From NCBI GenBank assembly GCA_020249825.1, contig JADCEX010000279.1, positions 680 to 64,679 on the forward strand: a stretch of DNA of 64,000 nt, read 5' to 3'. Positions 27,313 to 37,547 of the stretch are shown here, piece by piece; positions within the stretch are counted from its first letter, which is position 1; each line of letters begins with the position of its first letter. This DNA is from Roseomonas sp. (GTDB lineage: Bacteria; Pseudomonadota; Alphaproteobacteria; Acetobacterales; Acetobacteraceae). The notes under the pieces are model-generated. The model ran no database searches, had not been told where the DNA came from, and saw only the letters and a program-made list of their open reading frames with translations. The position numbers and the translations under genes were made by a program.

Positions 27313-28263
27313 ATGAAGCCGAACACGGATGAGGAACGTCAGGCCCAAGCGGAATATGTGGAAGCCGACAACGGTTTCACGCTATATTCTCACTCGGACA
27401 TGGCAGACCCAGACCCCGACCGCAGGGACGGGCTCGCTGGGGTGATATGGGGCGGCTCTCACCAAGGGAGCGCTCTGTCGCTCAAGCGGGTGATCGAGAC
27501 CGAGGTGATCCCTCGACTCGTGTTGGCGCAGCGCGCCCTTGGCGCCGGAACGCTTGAAACACCAGCGCCGCATCCCGCCGCACCGACAGAAGGCGATGTG
27601 GCGGCCTTCACCGCACTTGCAAGGCTCGGCAATACTGAAAATGCGCTGACCTTCATTGATGCCTTCTGCGCGCGCGGCTTGCCGTTGACGCAGGTTTATC
27701 TTGGCTTGCTGGCGCCAGCGGCGCGGATCCTCGGCGTGTGCTGGGAAAAGGATACCGCCGATTTCACCGAAGTCACGATCGGGCTGCGCTGCCTGCATGC
27801 CATCTGCCATGCGCTGGAACCGCGCTTCGCCCCGCTTGGTATCGCGCATCGGCCAGGCCGCAGTATCATGCTCGCCCCCGCCCCAGGCGAACAACATGGC
27901 TTTGGCCTGATGATGGTGGAACAATTCTTCCGCCGCGCCGGCTGGGAAACCTGGACCGACAGCAACGCCGATGCGGATGCGCTGATCGCCATGGTTGCCG
28001 AAAAGCATTTCGGTCTGATCGGCTTTTCCATCAGTGGTGAGACCCATATCGAAAGCCTGGCCGAGCTGATTCGCGATATTCGCCGCGCCTCACGCAATGC
28101 GGATATCGGCATTCTGGTGGGCGGCGCGCTGATTCTGAAGGAACCGCTTCTGGTCAAGCGACTCGGCGCCGATGCCACCGCGCGCGATGCAGAGGAAGCC
28201 ATTCTGCAGGCAGAGGCCCTGCTTGCCTTACAAGGACGAGGAAGTGAGGGGCTGCTGAGTTAG
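27313..28263 (+). CDS. aerR: cobalamin-binding photosynthesis antirepressor AerR/PpaA
   Basis: LAPAARILGVCWEKDTADFTEVTIG, APGEQHGFG B12-binding motif, ILVGG; upstream of ppsR; AGGGGG RBS before ATG 27313. Confidence 0.88.
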   Translation: MKPNTDEERQAQAEYVEADNGFTLYSHSDMADPDPDRRDGLAGVIWGGSHQGSALSLKRVIETEVIPRLVLAQRALGAGTLETPAPHPAAPTEGDVAAFTALARLGNTENALTFIDAFCARGLPLTQVYLGLLAPAARILGVCWEKDTADFTEVTIGLRCLHAICHALEPRFAPLGIAHRPGRSIMLAPAPGEQHGFGLMMVEQFFRRAGWETWTDSNADADALIAMVAEKHFGLIGFSISGETHIESLAELIRDIRRASRNADIGILVGGALILKEPLLVKRLGADATARDAEEAILQAEALLALQGRGSEGLLS

Positions 28264-28357
28264 GCCGCCCCGCCATGCGACCCATCACGTCGCCACTTGA
28301 TGTCCTCCGGGGCCACCCTGAAAAGGCGGCCCGCGCGTTAAAAGGTCCTGCCTTCCC

Positions 28358-29779
28358 GTGAAAACCTTTCTGGCCCCCCGCAAATCGCTCGGAGATTTGG
28401 ATGCTGATGCCGCGGCCTCATTGGTCTCGGCAGCGGCAGATATGGCGCTGGTGGTGGATGACCAGGGCGTCATTCGCGATATTGCCTTCAGCAATCAGGA
28501 GTTATCCAATGCTTTGGGCGGCCATCAGGCTTGGCTCGGGCGCCCCTGGGCGGAAACCGTCACCACGGAAAGCCGCCCCAAGGTGGAAGCGCTATTGAGC
28601 GGCGCGCCCAGCGAAGCGAAATGGCGCAGCATCAATCAGGTCGCCGAAGGCGGCGAATCCGTGCCGCTGCTTTTCGCCGCCGTTCCCTTGCAGCGCGGGA
28701 ATCGGCGCGTGGTGTTTGGCCGCGACCTCAGCGCGCAATCGCGCCTGCAACAAAGATTGCTGGAAACCCAGCAATCCATGGAACGCGATTACGCGAAGCT
28801 CCGGCAGGCGGAAACGCGCTATCGCCTGCTGTTCCAGCTTTCCGCCGATGCGACGCTGATTGTTGATGGTGCGACAGGACGCGTGACGGAAGCCAATCCT
28901 GCCGCGGAACAGCTTTTCGGGCGCCAGTCACGCCGCGTCATTGGCCGCCCTTTGATGGATGCCTTCGCGCCGGAAAGCCGACAGGCGGTGCAATCCCTGC
29001 TGGCTTCCGTGCGTATCGCAGGCCGTGGTGATGAGGTTGGCGCACAGCTTGCCGATTCCGGCCGCGATGTGACCATTGCCGCCACCAGCTTCCGGCAAGA
29101 TGGTGCTTCGGTCCTGCTGGTGCGGCTTTCACTCGCAGGCGGTGAACAGCCTGCTGGACTTTCGCCCGCCAAGGCACAAATGCTGAAAGTGGCAGAAAAC
29201 CTGCCCGATGCCTTTGTGGTAACGGATCAGAATGGCGTGGTGATTTCTGCCAATGGCGCCTTTCTTGATCTCGCAGAGCTTGGTTCGGAAGAACAGGCGC
29301 GCGGCGAATCACTGGAACGTTGGCTTGGTGGCCAGGGCATCGAAATTGAAGTCCTGCTCTCCAACCTTCGCAATCGCGGCACTGTCAGGCTTTACACGAC
29401 CACGCTGCGCGGCGCGATGGGTGCGCGGGTTGAGGTTGAAATCTCCGCCGTCACCGTGACGCATGGCGGGCAGGAGGTTTTCGGTTTTTCGATTCGCGAT
29501 ATTGGCGCGCGTGTGGCTGAACCGCGCCAGGCGGGGGCGCATGCCACGCGTTCTGTTGAACAGCTCACGGAATTGATCGGGCGTGTGCCGTTGAAAGACC
29601 TTGTGCGCGATGCGACGGATGCGATTGAGCGCCTGTGCATCGAAGCCGCCTTGCAGCTTTCCGGCGATAATCGCGCTTCGGCAGCGGAAATGCTCGGGCT
29701 GAGCCGGCAGAGTCTCTATGTAAAATTGCACCGCTACGGGCTTGGTGATCTGGGCACCGATAGCGGCGAACAAGGATAG
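28358..29779 (+). CDS. ppsR: photosynthesis repressor PpsR/CrtJ
   Basis: PAS domains, QQSMERDY Q-linker, IERLCIEAAL (redox Cys), DNRASAAEMLGLSRQSLYVKL HTH. Confidence 0.96.
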   Translation: MKTFLAPRKSLGDLDADAAASLVSAAADMALVVDDQGVIRDIAFSNQELSNALGGHQAWLGRPWAETVTTESRPKVEALLSGAPSEAKWRSINQVAEGGESVPLLFAAVPLQRGNRRVVFGRDLSAQSRLQQRLLETQQSMERDYAKLRQAETRYRLLFQLSADATLIVDGATGRVTEANPAAEQLFGRQSRRVIGRPLMDAFAPESRQAVQSLLASVRIAGRGDEVGAQLADSGRDVTIAATSFRQDGASVLLVRLSLAGGEQPAGLSPAKAQMLKVAENLPDAFVVTDQNGVVISANGAFLDLAELGSEEQARGESLERWLGGQGIEIEVLLSNLRNRGTVRLYTTTLRGAMGARVEVEISAVTVTHGGQEVFGFSIRDIGARVAEPRQAGAHATRSVEQLTELIGRVPLKDLVRDATDAIERLCIEAALQLSGDNRASAAEMLGLSRQSLYVKLHRYGLGDLGTDSGEQG

Positions 29780-29789
29780 GGGCAGCGCG

Positions 29790-30710
29790 ATGGCGGGCCC
29801 CGTTGCAACGGCACCGACCGCCCCAACCCCGCGGCTGAAGCCATCCGCGGTTCTGGAACTGTTGAAGCCCATCACCTGGTTCCCGCCCATGTGGGCCTTT
29901 GGCTGCGGCGTTGCTTCGGCCCATGGCGGCTTTGCAGCGCATTGGCCCTTGGCATTGCTGGGCGTGGTGCTGGCCGGGCCTTTGGTTTGTGCCATGAGTC
30001 AGGCGGCGAATGATTGGTATGATCGCCATGTGGATGCGATCAATGAACCGCATCGCCCGATTCCTTCAGGGCGGATTCCCGGCCGTTGGGGTTTGTATAT
30101 TGCCCTTTTCTGGACAGGACTTTCGCTGATTGCGGCCGTGCCGCTGGGTGCCTGGGGCTTTGGTGCGACGATCATCGCCGTTGCGCTCGCCTGGGCCTAT
30201 TCCGCGCCGCCCTTTCGGCTGAAGGCCAATGGTTGGTGGGGTAATCTGGCCTGTGGCTTGGCCTATGAAACCTTGCCCTGGGTCACAGCGGCAGCGATCA
30301 TGTCTGGCGGTGCGCCGGATTGGCGCGTGCTGCTGGTGGCACTGCTCTATGGCCTTGGCGCGCATGGCATCATGACGCTGAATGACTTCAAGGCAATCGA
30401 GGGTGATCGTCGCATGGGCGTGTTGTCTCTGCCCGTGCAATTGGGCGCGGAACGCGCGGGCTTGGTTGCCTGCATTTTCATGGCGGTGCCGCAAGTATTG
30501 GTGGTGGCACTTCTCGCTTTCTGGGATGCGCCCTGGCACGCGGCGGCGGTTGCGCTTTCACTCCTGATCCAGCTTGGCCTGATGCGGCGCATGCTGCGCG
30601 ATCCGCGCGCGCTTGCGCCCTGGTATAACGGCACGGGCGTTCTGCTTTACGTGATCGGCATGCTGATCAGCGCCTTTGCCTTGGCCGCTTTGACAGGAGA
30701 TTCAGCATGA
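29790..30710 (+). CDS. bchG: bacteriochlorophyll synthase
   Basis: LLKPITWFPPMWAF, NDWYDRHVDAINEPHRPIPSGR, TLNDFKAIEGD. Confidence 0.96.
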   Translation: MAGPVATAPTAPTPRLKPSAVLELLKPITWFPPMWAFGCGVASAHGGFAAHWPLALLGVVLAGPLVCAMSQAANDWYDRHVDAINEPHRPIPSGRIPGRWGLYIALFWTGLSLIAAVPLGAWGFGATIIAVALAWAYSAPPFRLKANGWWGNLACGLAYETLPWVTAAAIMSGGAPDWRVLLVALLYGLGAHGIMTLNDFKAIEGDRRMGVLSLPVQLGAERAGLVACIFMAVPQVLVVALLAFWDAPWHAAAVALSLLIQLGLMRRMLRDPRALAPWYNGTGVLLYVIGMLISAFALAALTGDSA

Positions 30711-32029
30711 ACCCCGCCCCGCTTGGCTGGCTTGGCATTATCCGTCTGGGTTTGGTGCAAACCGCCCTTGGCGCGATTGTGGTGCTGACAACCTCCGCGC
30801 TCAATCGCGTGATGGTGGTGGAATTGGCCCTGCCCGCGACGCTGCCGGGGATTCTGGTTGGGCTGCATTACGCGCTGCAAATGCTCCGCCCGCGCATGGG
30901 TTACGGGTCTGATATGGGTGGGCGGCGCACACCTTGGATCATTGGCGGCATGGCGGTGCTGGCGCTTGGCGGTGTTTTGGCCGCGGCTGGCACGGCGCTG
31001 ATGGCGGAATCGCTTTGGGCTGGCATTGCGCTTGCCGTAATCGCTTTCCTGCTGATTGGCGCGGGCGTTGGCGCGGCTGGCACATCATTGCTCGTATTGC
31101 TCGCGGCACGCACCGCACCTGCACGGCGCGCAGCAGCGGCATCCCTTGTCTGGATCATGATGATTGCGGGTTTTGTGATCACTACGGCGATTGCCGGACG
31201 GCTGCTTGATCCCTATTCGCCCATGCGGCTGATTGCGGTCGCTGGCGGCGTTTCCGCCATTGCCTTCACGCTGGCGACACTCGCGGTCTGGGGCATGGAA
31301 GGCCCGCGCGCCGCACGCCCGGAAGCAAGCGATGCCGCGAAGCCACCCTTCCGGCAGGCACTCCGAGAGGTTTGGGCGGAACCCGAAGCACGGCGCTTCA
31401 CGATTTTCATTTTCGTTTCCATGTTGGCCTATAGCGCGCAGGATTTGATCCTGGAGCCTTTCGCCGGCGCCGTCTTCAATCGCAGCCTGGGTGAGACGAC
31501 GCGCATTTCATCGCTGCAACATGCGGGCGTATTGGTTGGCATGATTGCGATTGCGCTGATTGGCAGTGCACGTGGCGGGCGCTGGGCGGGGACGCTCCGC
31601 TTCTGGACCATTGCGGGATGCCTGGCGGCAGCGACGATGATGCTGGCGCTTTCAGTTGCGGGCCAATTCGGCGCGGCCTGGCCGCTCAAGACCAGTTTCT
31701 TCGCGCTTGGTGTCGCGAATGGCGTTTTCGCAGCGGCCGCCATTGCTTCCATGATGCAAATGGTCGCGCGCGGGCATGAATCGCGCGAAGGCACGCGCAT
31801 GGGGCTTTGGGGCGCGGCGCAGGCTGTGGCTTTCGGGCTTGGCGGGCTTACCGGCGCGGCCGCGGTGGATGTGGCGCGGCTGGTACTTGGTCAGGCCGAA
31901 GCCGCTTATGCCACCGTCTTTGTCATTGATGCGGCGCTGTTCATTGCCTCGGCCATGCTGGCCGCGCGCATTAATCGTCCAAAAATCAGCAAGACCGGCG
32001 GCTTCGGCCCAATGGTACCGGCGCAGTAG
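30707..32029 (+). CDS. pucC: PucC/BCD family MFS protein (bch2-like)
   Basis: LGWLGIIRLGLVQ, TSALNRVMVVE, AQDLILEPF, GTRMGLWGAAQA; between bchG and bchP. Confidence 0.88.
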   Translation: MNPAPLGWLGIIRLGLVQTALGAIVVLTTSALNRVMVVELALPATLPGILVGLHYALQMLRPRMGYGSDMGGRRTPWIIGGMAVLALGGVLAAAGTALMAESLWAGIALAVIAFLLIGAGVGAAGTSLLVLLAARTAPARRAAAASLVWIMMIAGFVITTAIAGRLLDPYSPMRLIAVAGGVSAIAFTLATLAVWGMEGPRAARPEASDAAKPPFRQALREVWAEPEARRFTIFIFVSMLAYSAQDLILEPFAGAVFNRSLGETTRISSLQHAGVLVGMIAIALIGSARGGRWAGTLRFWTIAGCLAAATMMLALSVAGQFGAAWPLKTSFFALGVANGVFAAAAIASMMQMVARGHESREGTRMGLWGAAQAVAFGLGGLTGAAAVDVARLVLGQAEAAYATVFVIDAALFIASAMLAARINRPKISKTGGFGPMVPAQ

Positions 32030-32035
32030 AGGAAC

Positions 32036-33223
32036 ATGGCCATGCAAACATATGATGTGATCGTGGTGGGCGGCGGACCATCCGGCGCCACTGCCGCCGA
32101 TGATTTGGCACGCCGCGGGCGCAGTGTTTTGCTGTTGGATCGCGCAGGACGCATCAAGCCCTGTGGGGGAGCGATTCCGCCGCGCCTGATCCGTGATTTC
32201 GCCATTCCGGATGAATTATTGGTCGCCAAGATCAATTCCGCCCGCATGGTCTCCCCCAGCGCCAAGGCCGTGGACATGCCGATTGATGGCGGCTTCGTCG
32301 GCATGGTGGACCGTGAGGATTTCGACGAATGGCTGCGCGAGCGTGCCGAACACGCCGGTGCGGAACGCCAGACAGGTTCTTATGAACGCATCACGCGCGA
32401 TGCCGATGGCACCGCCATTGTGCATTGGGAATCGAAGGATGGTGCAGCGCTTACTGCGCGCGCACGCCTGGTGATTGGCGCGGATGGCGCGCGTTCCCAA
32501 GTCGCGAAGCAGGAAGTGCCGGGCGGGGATAAGGTGCGCTGCGTTTTCGCCTATCATGAAATCGTGCGCTCACCGCCCAATGGCGGGGGTGCGGATTTCG
32601 ATGCCAAGCGCTGCGATGTCTATTACCAGGGCAAGCTTTCGCCCGATTTCTACGCCTGGATCTTCCCGCATGGTGACACCACCAGCATCGGGACGGGTTC
32701 CATGCAAAAGGGCTTTTCCTTGCGTGGTTCAGTGGCCGAACTCCGCCGCGATATTGGCCTGACAAATGCCGAGACAATTCGCCGTGAAGGTGCGCCCATT
32801 CCCCTGAAGCCGCTGAAGCGCTGGGATAATGGGCGCGATGTAATCCTGGCCGGGGACGCCGCCGGCGTGGTTGCCCCTGCGTCCGGTGAGGGCATTTACT
32901 ACGCCATGTATGGTGGCCGACTCGCCGCTGATGCCGCTGAGGAATGCCTGAAAACCGGCGATGCACGCGCGCTTGCCGGTGCGCGCAAGCGTTTCATGAA
33001 GGCGCATGGGCGCGTTTTCTGGGTGCTCGGCATCATGCAGTATTTCTGGTATTCATCGGATAAGCGGCGGGAGAAGTTTGTCTCCATCTGCGCCGATAAG
33101 GATGTGCAGCGCCTGACCTGGGAATCCTACATGAACAAGGAATTGGTCCGCCGCGATCCCCTTGCGCATGTGCGGATTTTCTTCAAGGATTTGGCACATC
33201 TCTTTGGCCTCGCGAGGGCCTGA
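32036..33223 (+). CDS. bchP: geranylgeranyl reductase
   Basis: VVGGGPSG, KPCGGAIP, SPDFYAWIFPHG, GDAAGVVAPASGEGIYYAM. Confidence 0.96.
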   Translation: MAMQTYDVIVVGGGPSGATAADDLARRGRSVLLLDRAGRIKPCGGAIPPRLIRDFAIPDELLVAKINSARMVSPSAKAVDMPIDGGFVGMVDREDFDEWLRERAEHAGAERQTGSYERITRDADGTAIVHWESKDGAALTARARLVIGADGARSQVAKQEVPGGDKVRCVFAYHEIVRSPPNGGGADFDAKRCDVYYQGKLSPDFYAWIFPHGDTTSIGTGSMQKGFSLRGSVAELRRDIGLTNAETIRREGAPIPLKPLKRWDNGRDVILAGDAAGVVAPASGEGIYYAMYGGRLAADAAEECLKTGDARALAGARKRFMKAHGRVFWVLGIMQYFWYSSDKRREKFVSICADKDVQRLTWESYMNKELVRRDPLAHVRIFFKDLAHLFGLARA

Positions 33224-33245
33224 TCAAGAATAAGGTTTTTGAGGA

Positions 33246-34196
33246 ATGGCGTCTCAGCCCATGCGCATTGGCACGCGCGGCTCTCCGCTTGCGCTTTGGC
33301 AAGCGCGGCATTTTGCCAGCGTGGCCCGTGCGGCCATCCCGGCCTTGGCCGAAGATGGTGCGCTTGAAGAACACATCATCGCAACATCCGGCGACAAGGT
33401 GCAGGACAAGCGCCTGGCCGATATTGGCGGCAAAGGGCTTTTCGCCAAGGAAATCCATGAAGCGCTGACCGATGGCCGCATAGATGTTGCGGTGCATAGC
33501 CTCAAGGATCTGGAAACTGAATTGCCGCCAGGCATTGTGCTGGCCTCAGTGCTGGAACGCGAAGACCCGCGCGATGCGCTGATTCTGGGTGCTGGATGCG
33601 GTGCGGCCACGGCGGATGATCCGCTGGCTGCCCTGCCGCAAGGCGCCTTGGTCGGCACGGCTTCCGTGCGACGGCAAGCGCAATTGCTCCATCGGCGGCC
33701 TGATCTCCGCGTAGATATCATTCGCGGCAATGTGCAAACGCGGCTCGGGCGCGTGGCAGCCGGGGATTTCACCTGTTCCCTGCTGGCGCTGGCGGGCTTG
33801 AAGCGGCTTGGCATGGCGGATCGCGCGCAAGTGGTGCTGGAAGCCGATGCCATGCTGCCCGCCGCCTGCCAGGGCATTGTGGGCATCACGGCGCGTGCGG
33901 ATGATGCCGCCACGCTGGCGCTACTCGCGCGCATTGAGCACGCGCCAAGCCGGCTGGTCGCGGATGCCGAACGCGCCTTGCTTGGCGCGCTGGATGGTTC
34001 CTGCCGCACGCCGATTGCCGCACATGCTGCGCTTTTGCCGGATGGGCGGCTGCGCCTGCATGGGCTGGTGGCACGCGCCGATGGCAGTTTCCTCAGGCGC
34101 AATATGGGGGAAGCCGCGGCGAAGGATGGCCCACAGCTTGGGCGCGATTTGGCAGCCGCTTTGAAGCGCGAAAGCCCCGCTGATATTTTCGGCTGA
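33246..34196 (+). CDS. hemC: hydroxymethylbilane synthase (porphobilinogen deaminase)
   Basis: IGTRGSPLALWQA, GGKGLFAKEI, AVHSLKD, RGNVQTRL, LDGSCRTPIA. Confidence 0.96.
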   Translation: MASQPMRIGTRGSPLALWQARHFASVARAAIPALAEDGALEEHIIATSGDKVQDKRLADIGGKGLFAKEIHEALTDGRIDVAVHSLKDLETELPPGIVLASVLEREDPRDALILGAGCGAATADDPLAALPQGALVGTASVRRQAQLLHRRPDLRVDIIRGNVQTRLGRVAAGDFTCSLLALAGLKRLGMADRAQVVLEADAMLPAACQGIVGITARADDAATLALLARIEHAPSRLVADAERALLGALDGSCRTPIAAHAALLPDGRLRLHGLVARADGSFLRRNMGEAAAKDGPQLGRDLAAALKRESPADIFG

Positions 34197-34211
34197 GGTC
34201 CGGGGGCGGCT

Positions 34212-34604
34212 TCAGCCCCGCGCCGCCATGGCCCCCGCACGGCGTGGCGCGAGGCCATCACCATCCCGCCGGCGTAATTCTTCCGCCATCACGCGATGCA
34301 TCATGGCAATGGCGGTATCATCCAGGCTCGCCACCCAAAGCCGCGCAAAGCTCGGGTCAAAGCTGGGGTCGAGCACCTGACGCGGCAGGGAAAGCTCTGC
34401 CGCATGCGCCTGAATTTCCGCGGCAGCCCCCGGGCTATCCAGCGCAATGGCACGCAGCCGGCGCGGGTCTGTCACCATGTTCGCGATAAAGGCATCCAAG
34501 GCGGCGATGGCGCTGTCCAGCACCGCCGCATCCCCTTCCGCCTCAGCGGCTTCCAGCTTGGCCTTTAGCGCCTCATAAGCGATGCGATGCGAATTGCCAT
34601 TCAT
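34212..34604 (-). CDS. hypothetical helical protein, probably PpsR-regulated
   Basis: 130-aa ORF with GGAGGGG RBS and a perfect PpsR box about 50 bp upstream. Confidence 0.7.
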   Translation of the reverse strand: MNGNSHRIAYEALKAKLEAAEAEGDAAVLDSAIAALDAFIANMVTDPRRLRAIALDSPGAAAEIQAHAAELSLPRQVLDPSFDPSFARLWVASLDDTAIAMMHRVMAEELRRRDGDGLAPRRAGAMAARG

Positions 34605-34654
34605 GGCTGCCCCCTCCAGAGCTCACGGGAAGGCTGCGCCTTTTCGCGCCTATG

Positions 34655-34672
34655 TGTCAATTAAAATTGACA
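34655..34672. promoter_or_regulatory. PpsR/CrtJ box
   Basis: TGTCAATTAAAATTGACA, perfect TGT-N12-ACA with 8-bp inverted arms; nearly identical to the bchC box. Confidence 0.85.
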
Positions 34673-34686
34673 GTTATGGATGGCGC

Positions 34687-34962
34687 TCAATCGCGCCAGC
34701 GGCGCCACAGATCCCAGGCATGGGCGAAAAACGCCGCAGTCAGGGCGAGTGACACAAAGCCCCACCAGGCCCCGGTCAGCGCCGCGCGCAAGGCCAGCGC
34801 AAAAAACACCCCCGGCAAGACCAAGGCAAGCACCGATTGCGGCCGGAGCCCGCGCCCCGTCAGCCACCAAAAGCCCAGCAAGGCCAAAGCCTCAATTAGC
34901 AGCACCGCTATCATTAGGTCGGCGACACGGCCGGATGCGAAAAGGGTAGCGAAATCCGGCAT
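34687..34962 (-). CDS. small 3-TM membrane protein of unknown function
   Basis: 91 aa, hydrophobic: SGRVADL..LIEA, LALRAALTGAWW, AHAWDLWRRW. Confidence 0.7.
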   Translation of the reverse strand: MPDFATLFASGRVADLMIAVLLIEALALLGFWWLTGRGLRPQSVLALVLPGVFFALALRAALTGAWWGFVSLALTAAFFAHAWDLWRRWRD

Positions 34963-34971
34963 GCGGCGCGC

Positions 34972-37467
34972 CTAATCCTCAGCCGGCACGGCAAAGCCTT
35001 CCGGCGGCAGGCCGGCGGCATGGCGCTGCCACATCATGCGATAGGCGCTTTCCAAGTGGCGCGTGAAGCGCGGCGTATTGAACAAGGGCGCGGTCGGCAT
35101 GGCGGCAATGAGCTTCGCCTTCAGCGCGGCGGCGCGGGCGGGATCACGGCCAAGTGCAATCGCCAGCGCTTCATATGCTGCCACATCGCGCGTGATCAGC
35201 TCGGGCAGGCCAACCGCGTTCAGCAGGCTTGCCGCAACGCGCCCAGCGAAAGCCTGGCCCATTTGCGTCAGCACCGGCAGCCCAGCCCAAAGCGCATCGC
35301 TTGCCGTGGTATGCGCATTATAGGGCAGCGTATCGAGGAAAAGATCCGCAAGCCGATGCCGCGCCAGATGCCTTGCCGATGGCAAATGGGGCGCAAAAAC
35401 CAGCCGCGCCGGATCAACCCCCTGCCCGGCCGCCCCTGCGCGCAGCCGATCCATCGCCTCCGCTTCATTCGCGAGCAGCCATAGCACAGAACCCGGCACG
35501 GCATTGAGAATGCGCATCCAGGAAGCAAAAACCTCCGGCGTGATCTTGTAGGCATTGTTGAAGCAGCAATAAACAAAGCCATCCGCCGGCAGCCCCGCCT
35601 CGGCGCGCAATGGCGTCTCGGGCGCGATGACGCGACGGTCATCATTTGCCTGATAGCTATCCGGCAGATGGACGATCTTCTCGTCATAAAGGCGCTGCTG
35701 ATCCATGGGCAACACGGTCGCATCCGCCAGGATATAATCCAGGAAATCGGCACCCACGGTGCCGGGATAGCCAAGATAGCTGACCTGCACCGGCGCCAGG
35801 CGCTGCGCGAAGGGGGCAAGCCGCGCATCCTGCGTATAGCCATTGAGATCAACGGCGATATCAATCCCGGCCCGCCGTGCCATGGCCATTATCGCGGCAT
35901 CGGACATGCGCGCACATTCATGGAAATGATCCATGGTGGCCCGAATGCGCGCCCGCATCGTATCCTCTGCTTCCGGCCCGTAGGAAAAGGCATGGATTTC
36001 GAAGGCATCGCGGTCATGGCATTCGAACGCGCCGACAAGCAGTTGCATCACGGCATGATTGCGAAAATCAGCCGAGAAATACCCAATGCGCAAGCGTTGG
36101 CGCTGTTCAGCCGGCGGTGGCTGAACAGCGGGGGGCTGCGGCAGGGTTTCACGCGTATAGGCGCGTGCGGCGATCTGGTGCAGTTCCGGATCATCGCAAA
36201 TACCAAGCAGCGCAAAGGGATTGGCCACGTATTGCCGCGCCCGCACACGGTCCAGCAGGAATTGCCGCTGTTCCGGCAGCCCCGCCCAGTTCCAGCGGCG
36301 CTGCTTGGTATAGACCAGGGATGAAAGCGCCTCAGTGACACCGGGATCGAGCGCCACCGCCTTTTCGAACCGCGCCACGGCTTCCGATTGCCGGTTCAGC
36401 GCATTCAGTGAATTGCCCTCATAATTCAGCGCTTCTGCCGAATTGGGGTCAAGCGCCAGCACGCGTTCATAACAAACAAGCGCTTCTTCATGCCGGTTCA
36501 GCAATGCCAAGGCATTACCAAGATTGAGTTGCGCATTCGGATGACGAGGCGCCACTTCAATGGCGCGGCGATAGGTCTCGATCGCTTCCGGCACACGGCG
36601 CAAAGCCTTGAGAGCAACCCCCTTGCCGATCAGCGCTTCCGCATCGCGCCCATCAAGCGCGAGTGCCGCTTCCAGCGCCGCCAGCGCTTCCTCGTGCCGG
36701 TTCTCCCCGTTCAAGGCGATGCCCATGCCGATCAAGGCCTTGACGGAGCGCGGGCTGGCCGCGGCCAGGCGTTCAAACAGCCCAAGCGCGCGCGGATAAT
36801 CGCGCAGGCCAAGAAAGCCGGAGCCGAGCGAAATCAAGGTCTCCAGACTGGCGCGCTGCTTGTCCAAAAAGCCGGTCAGGAAGATCACCGCATCGCGATG
36901 TTCCCCAAGCTTCTGCATGGTATCGGAAAGCGCCGCGGCGGCGCGGGAATGGCCCGGTTCCAACGCCAAGGCAGCGCGAAACGCCTCCATGGCACCGGCC
37001 GCATCACCAAGCTGCAGCCGACATAGCCCGCGATTGACGTGGAAATCACCATCCACCCCGGCAAAGCCGCGCCGGAGGATGTCATCATAGGCATCGCTCG
37101 CCCGCTGAATATCGCCGGTTTCAAGCAGCGTATCGGCCAGGTTGAAATGGGCAAAGGCGAAGCCGGGCTCGGTCTTGATCGCGGCGGTGAAGGCCTTGAT
37201 CGCGGCCGGTTTGTCGCCAGCGGCGCGGCAGGCATTGCCAAGGTCATTGAGCAGCGCGGGCGTCGCCGGGGCCAGGCTGGCGGCACGTTCCAAGGCCTCA
37301 CGCGCTGGCGCCACCTGTCCGCGCGCAAATAGCGCGAGGCCAAGCAGCCGATGAGCCTCGGCATGGTCGGGCTGCTGCTGCAGAAAGGCGCGATAGCCCG
37401 CAATGGCCGCGTCCAGATTGCCGGCCTGATGCTGGCGGATAGAGGCTTGCAAATCGGGCGAGGCCAA
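34972..37467 (-). CDS. TPR-repeat O-GlcNAc transferase-like glycosyltransferase (GT41/SPINDLY family)
   Basis: Multiple TPRs, then LRIGYFSADFRNHAV, DLNGYT, APVQVSYLGYPGT, FNNAYKI, DTLPYNAHTTASDALWAGLPV. Confidence 0.9.
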   Translation of the reverse strand: MASPDLQASIRQHQAGNLDAAIAGYRAFLQQQPDHAEAHRLLGLALFARGQVAPAREALERAASLAPATPALLNDLGNACRAAGDKPAAIKAFTAAIKTEPGFAFAHFNLADTLLETGDIQRASDAYDDILRRGFAGVDGDFHVNRGLCRLQLGDAAGAMEAFRAALALEPGHSRAAAALSDTMQKLGEHRDAVIFLTGFLDKQRASLETLISLGSGFLGLRDYPRALGLFERLAAASPRSVKALIGMGIALNGENRHEEALAALEAALALDGRDAEALIGKGVALKALRRVPEAIETYRRAIEVAPRHPNAQLNLGNALALLNRHEEALVCYERVLALDPNSAEALNYEGNSLNALNRQSEAVARFEKAVALDPGVTEALSSLVYTKQRRWNWAGLPEQRQFLLDRVRARQYVANPFALLGICDDPELHQIAARAYTRETLPQPPAVQPPPAEQRQRLRIGYFSADFRNHAVMQLLVGAFECHDRDAFEIHAFSYGPEAEDTMRARIRATMDHFHECARMSDAAIMAMARRAGIDIAVDLNGYTQDARLAPFAQRLAPVQVSYLGYPGTVGADFLDYILADATVLPMDQQRLYDEKIVHLPDSYQANDDRRVIAPETPLRAEAGLPADGFVYCCFNNAYKITPEVFASWMRILNAVPGSVLWLLANEAEAMDRLRAGAAGQGVDPARLVFAPHLPSARHLARHRLADLFLDTLPYNAHTTASDALWAGLPVLTQMGQAFAGRVAASLLNAVGLPELITRDVAAYEALAIALGRDPARAAALKAKLIAAMPTAPLFNTPRFTRHLESAYRMMWQRHAAGLPPEGFAVPAED

Positions 37468-37547
37468 GGCGATTCCTTCCGGGCTGAAGCGGCGCGCCTT
37501 CCTTGCCCGGAAAAACCCCTACCCGTCCAGCAGCTTGAAGCGCCAAA

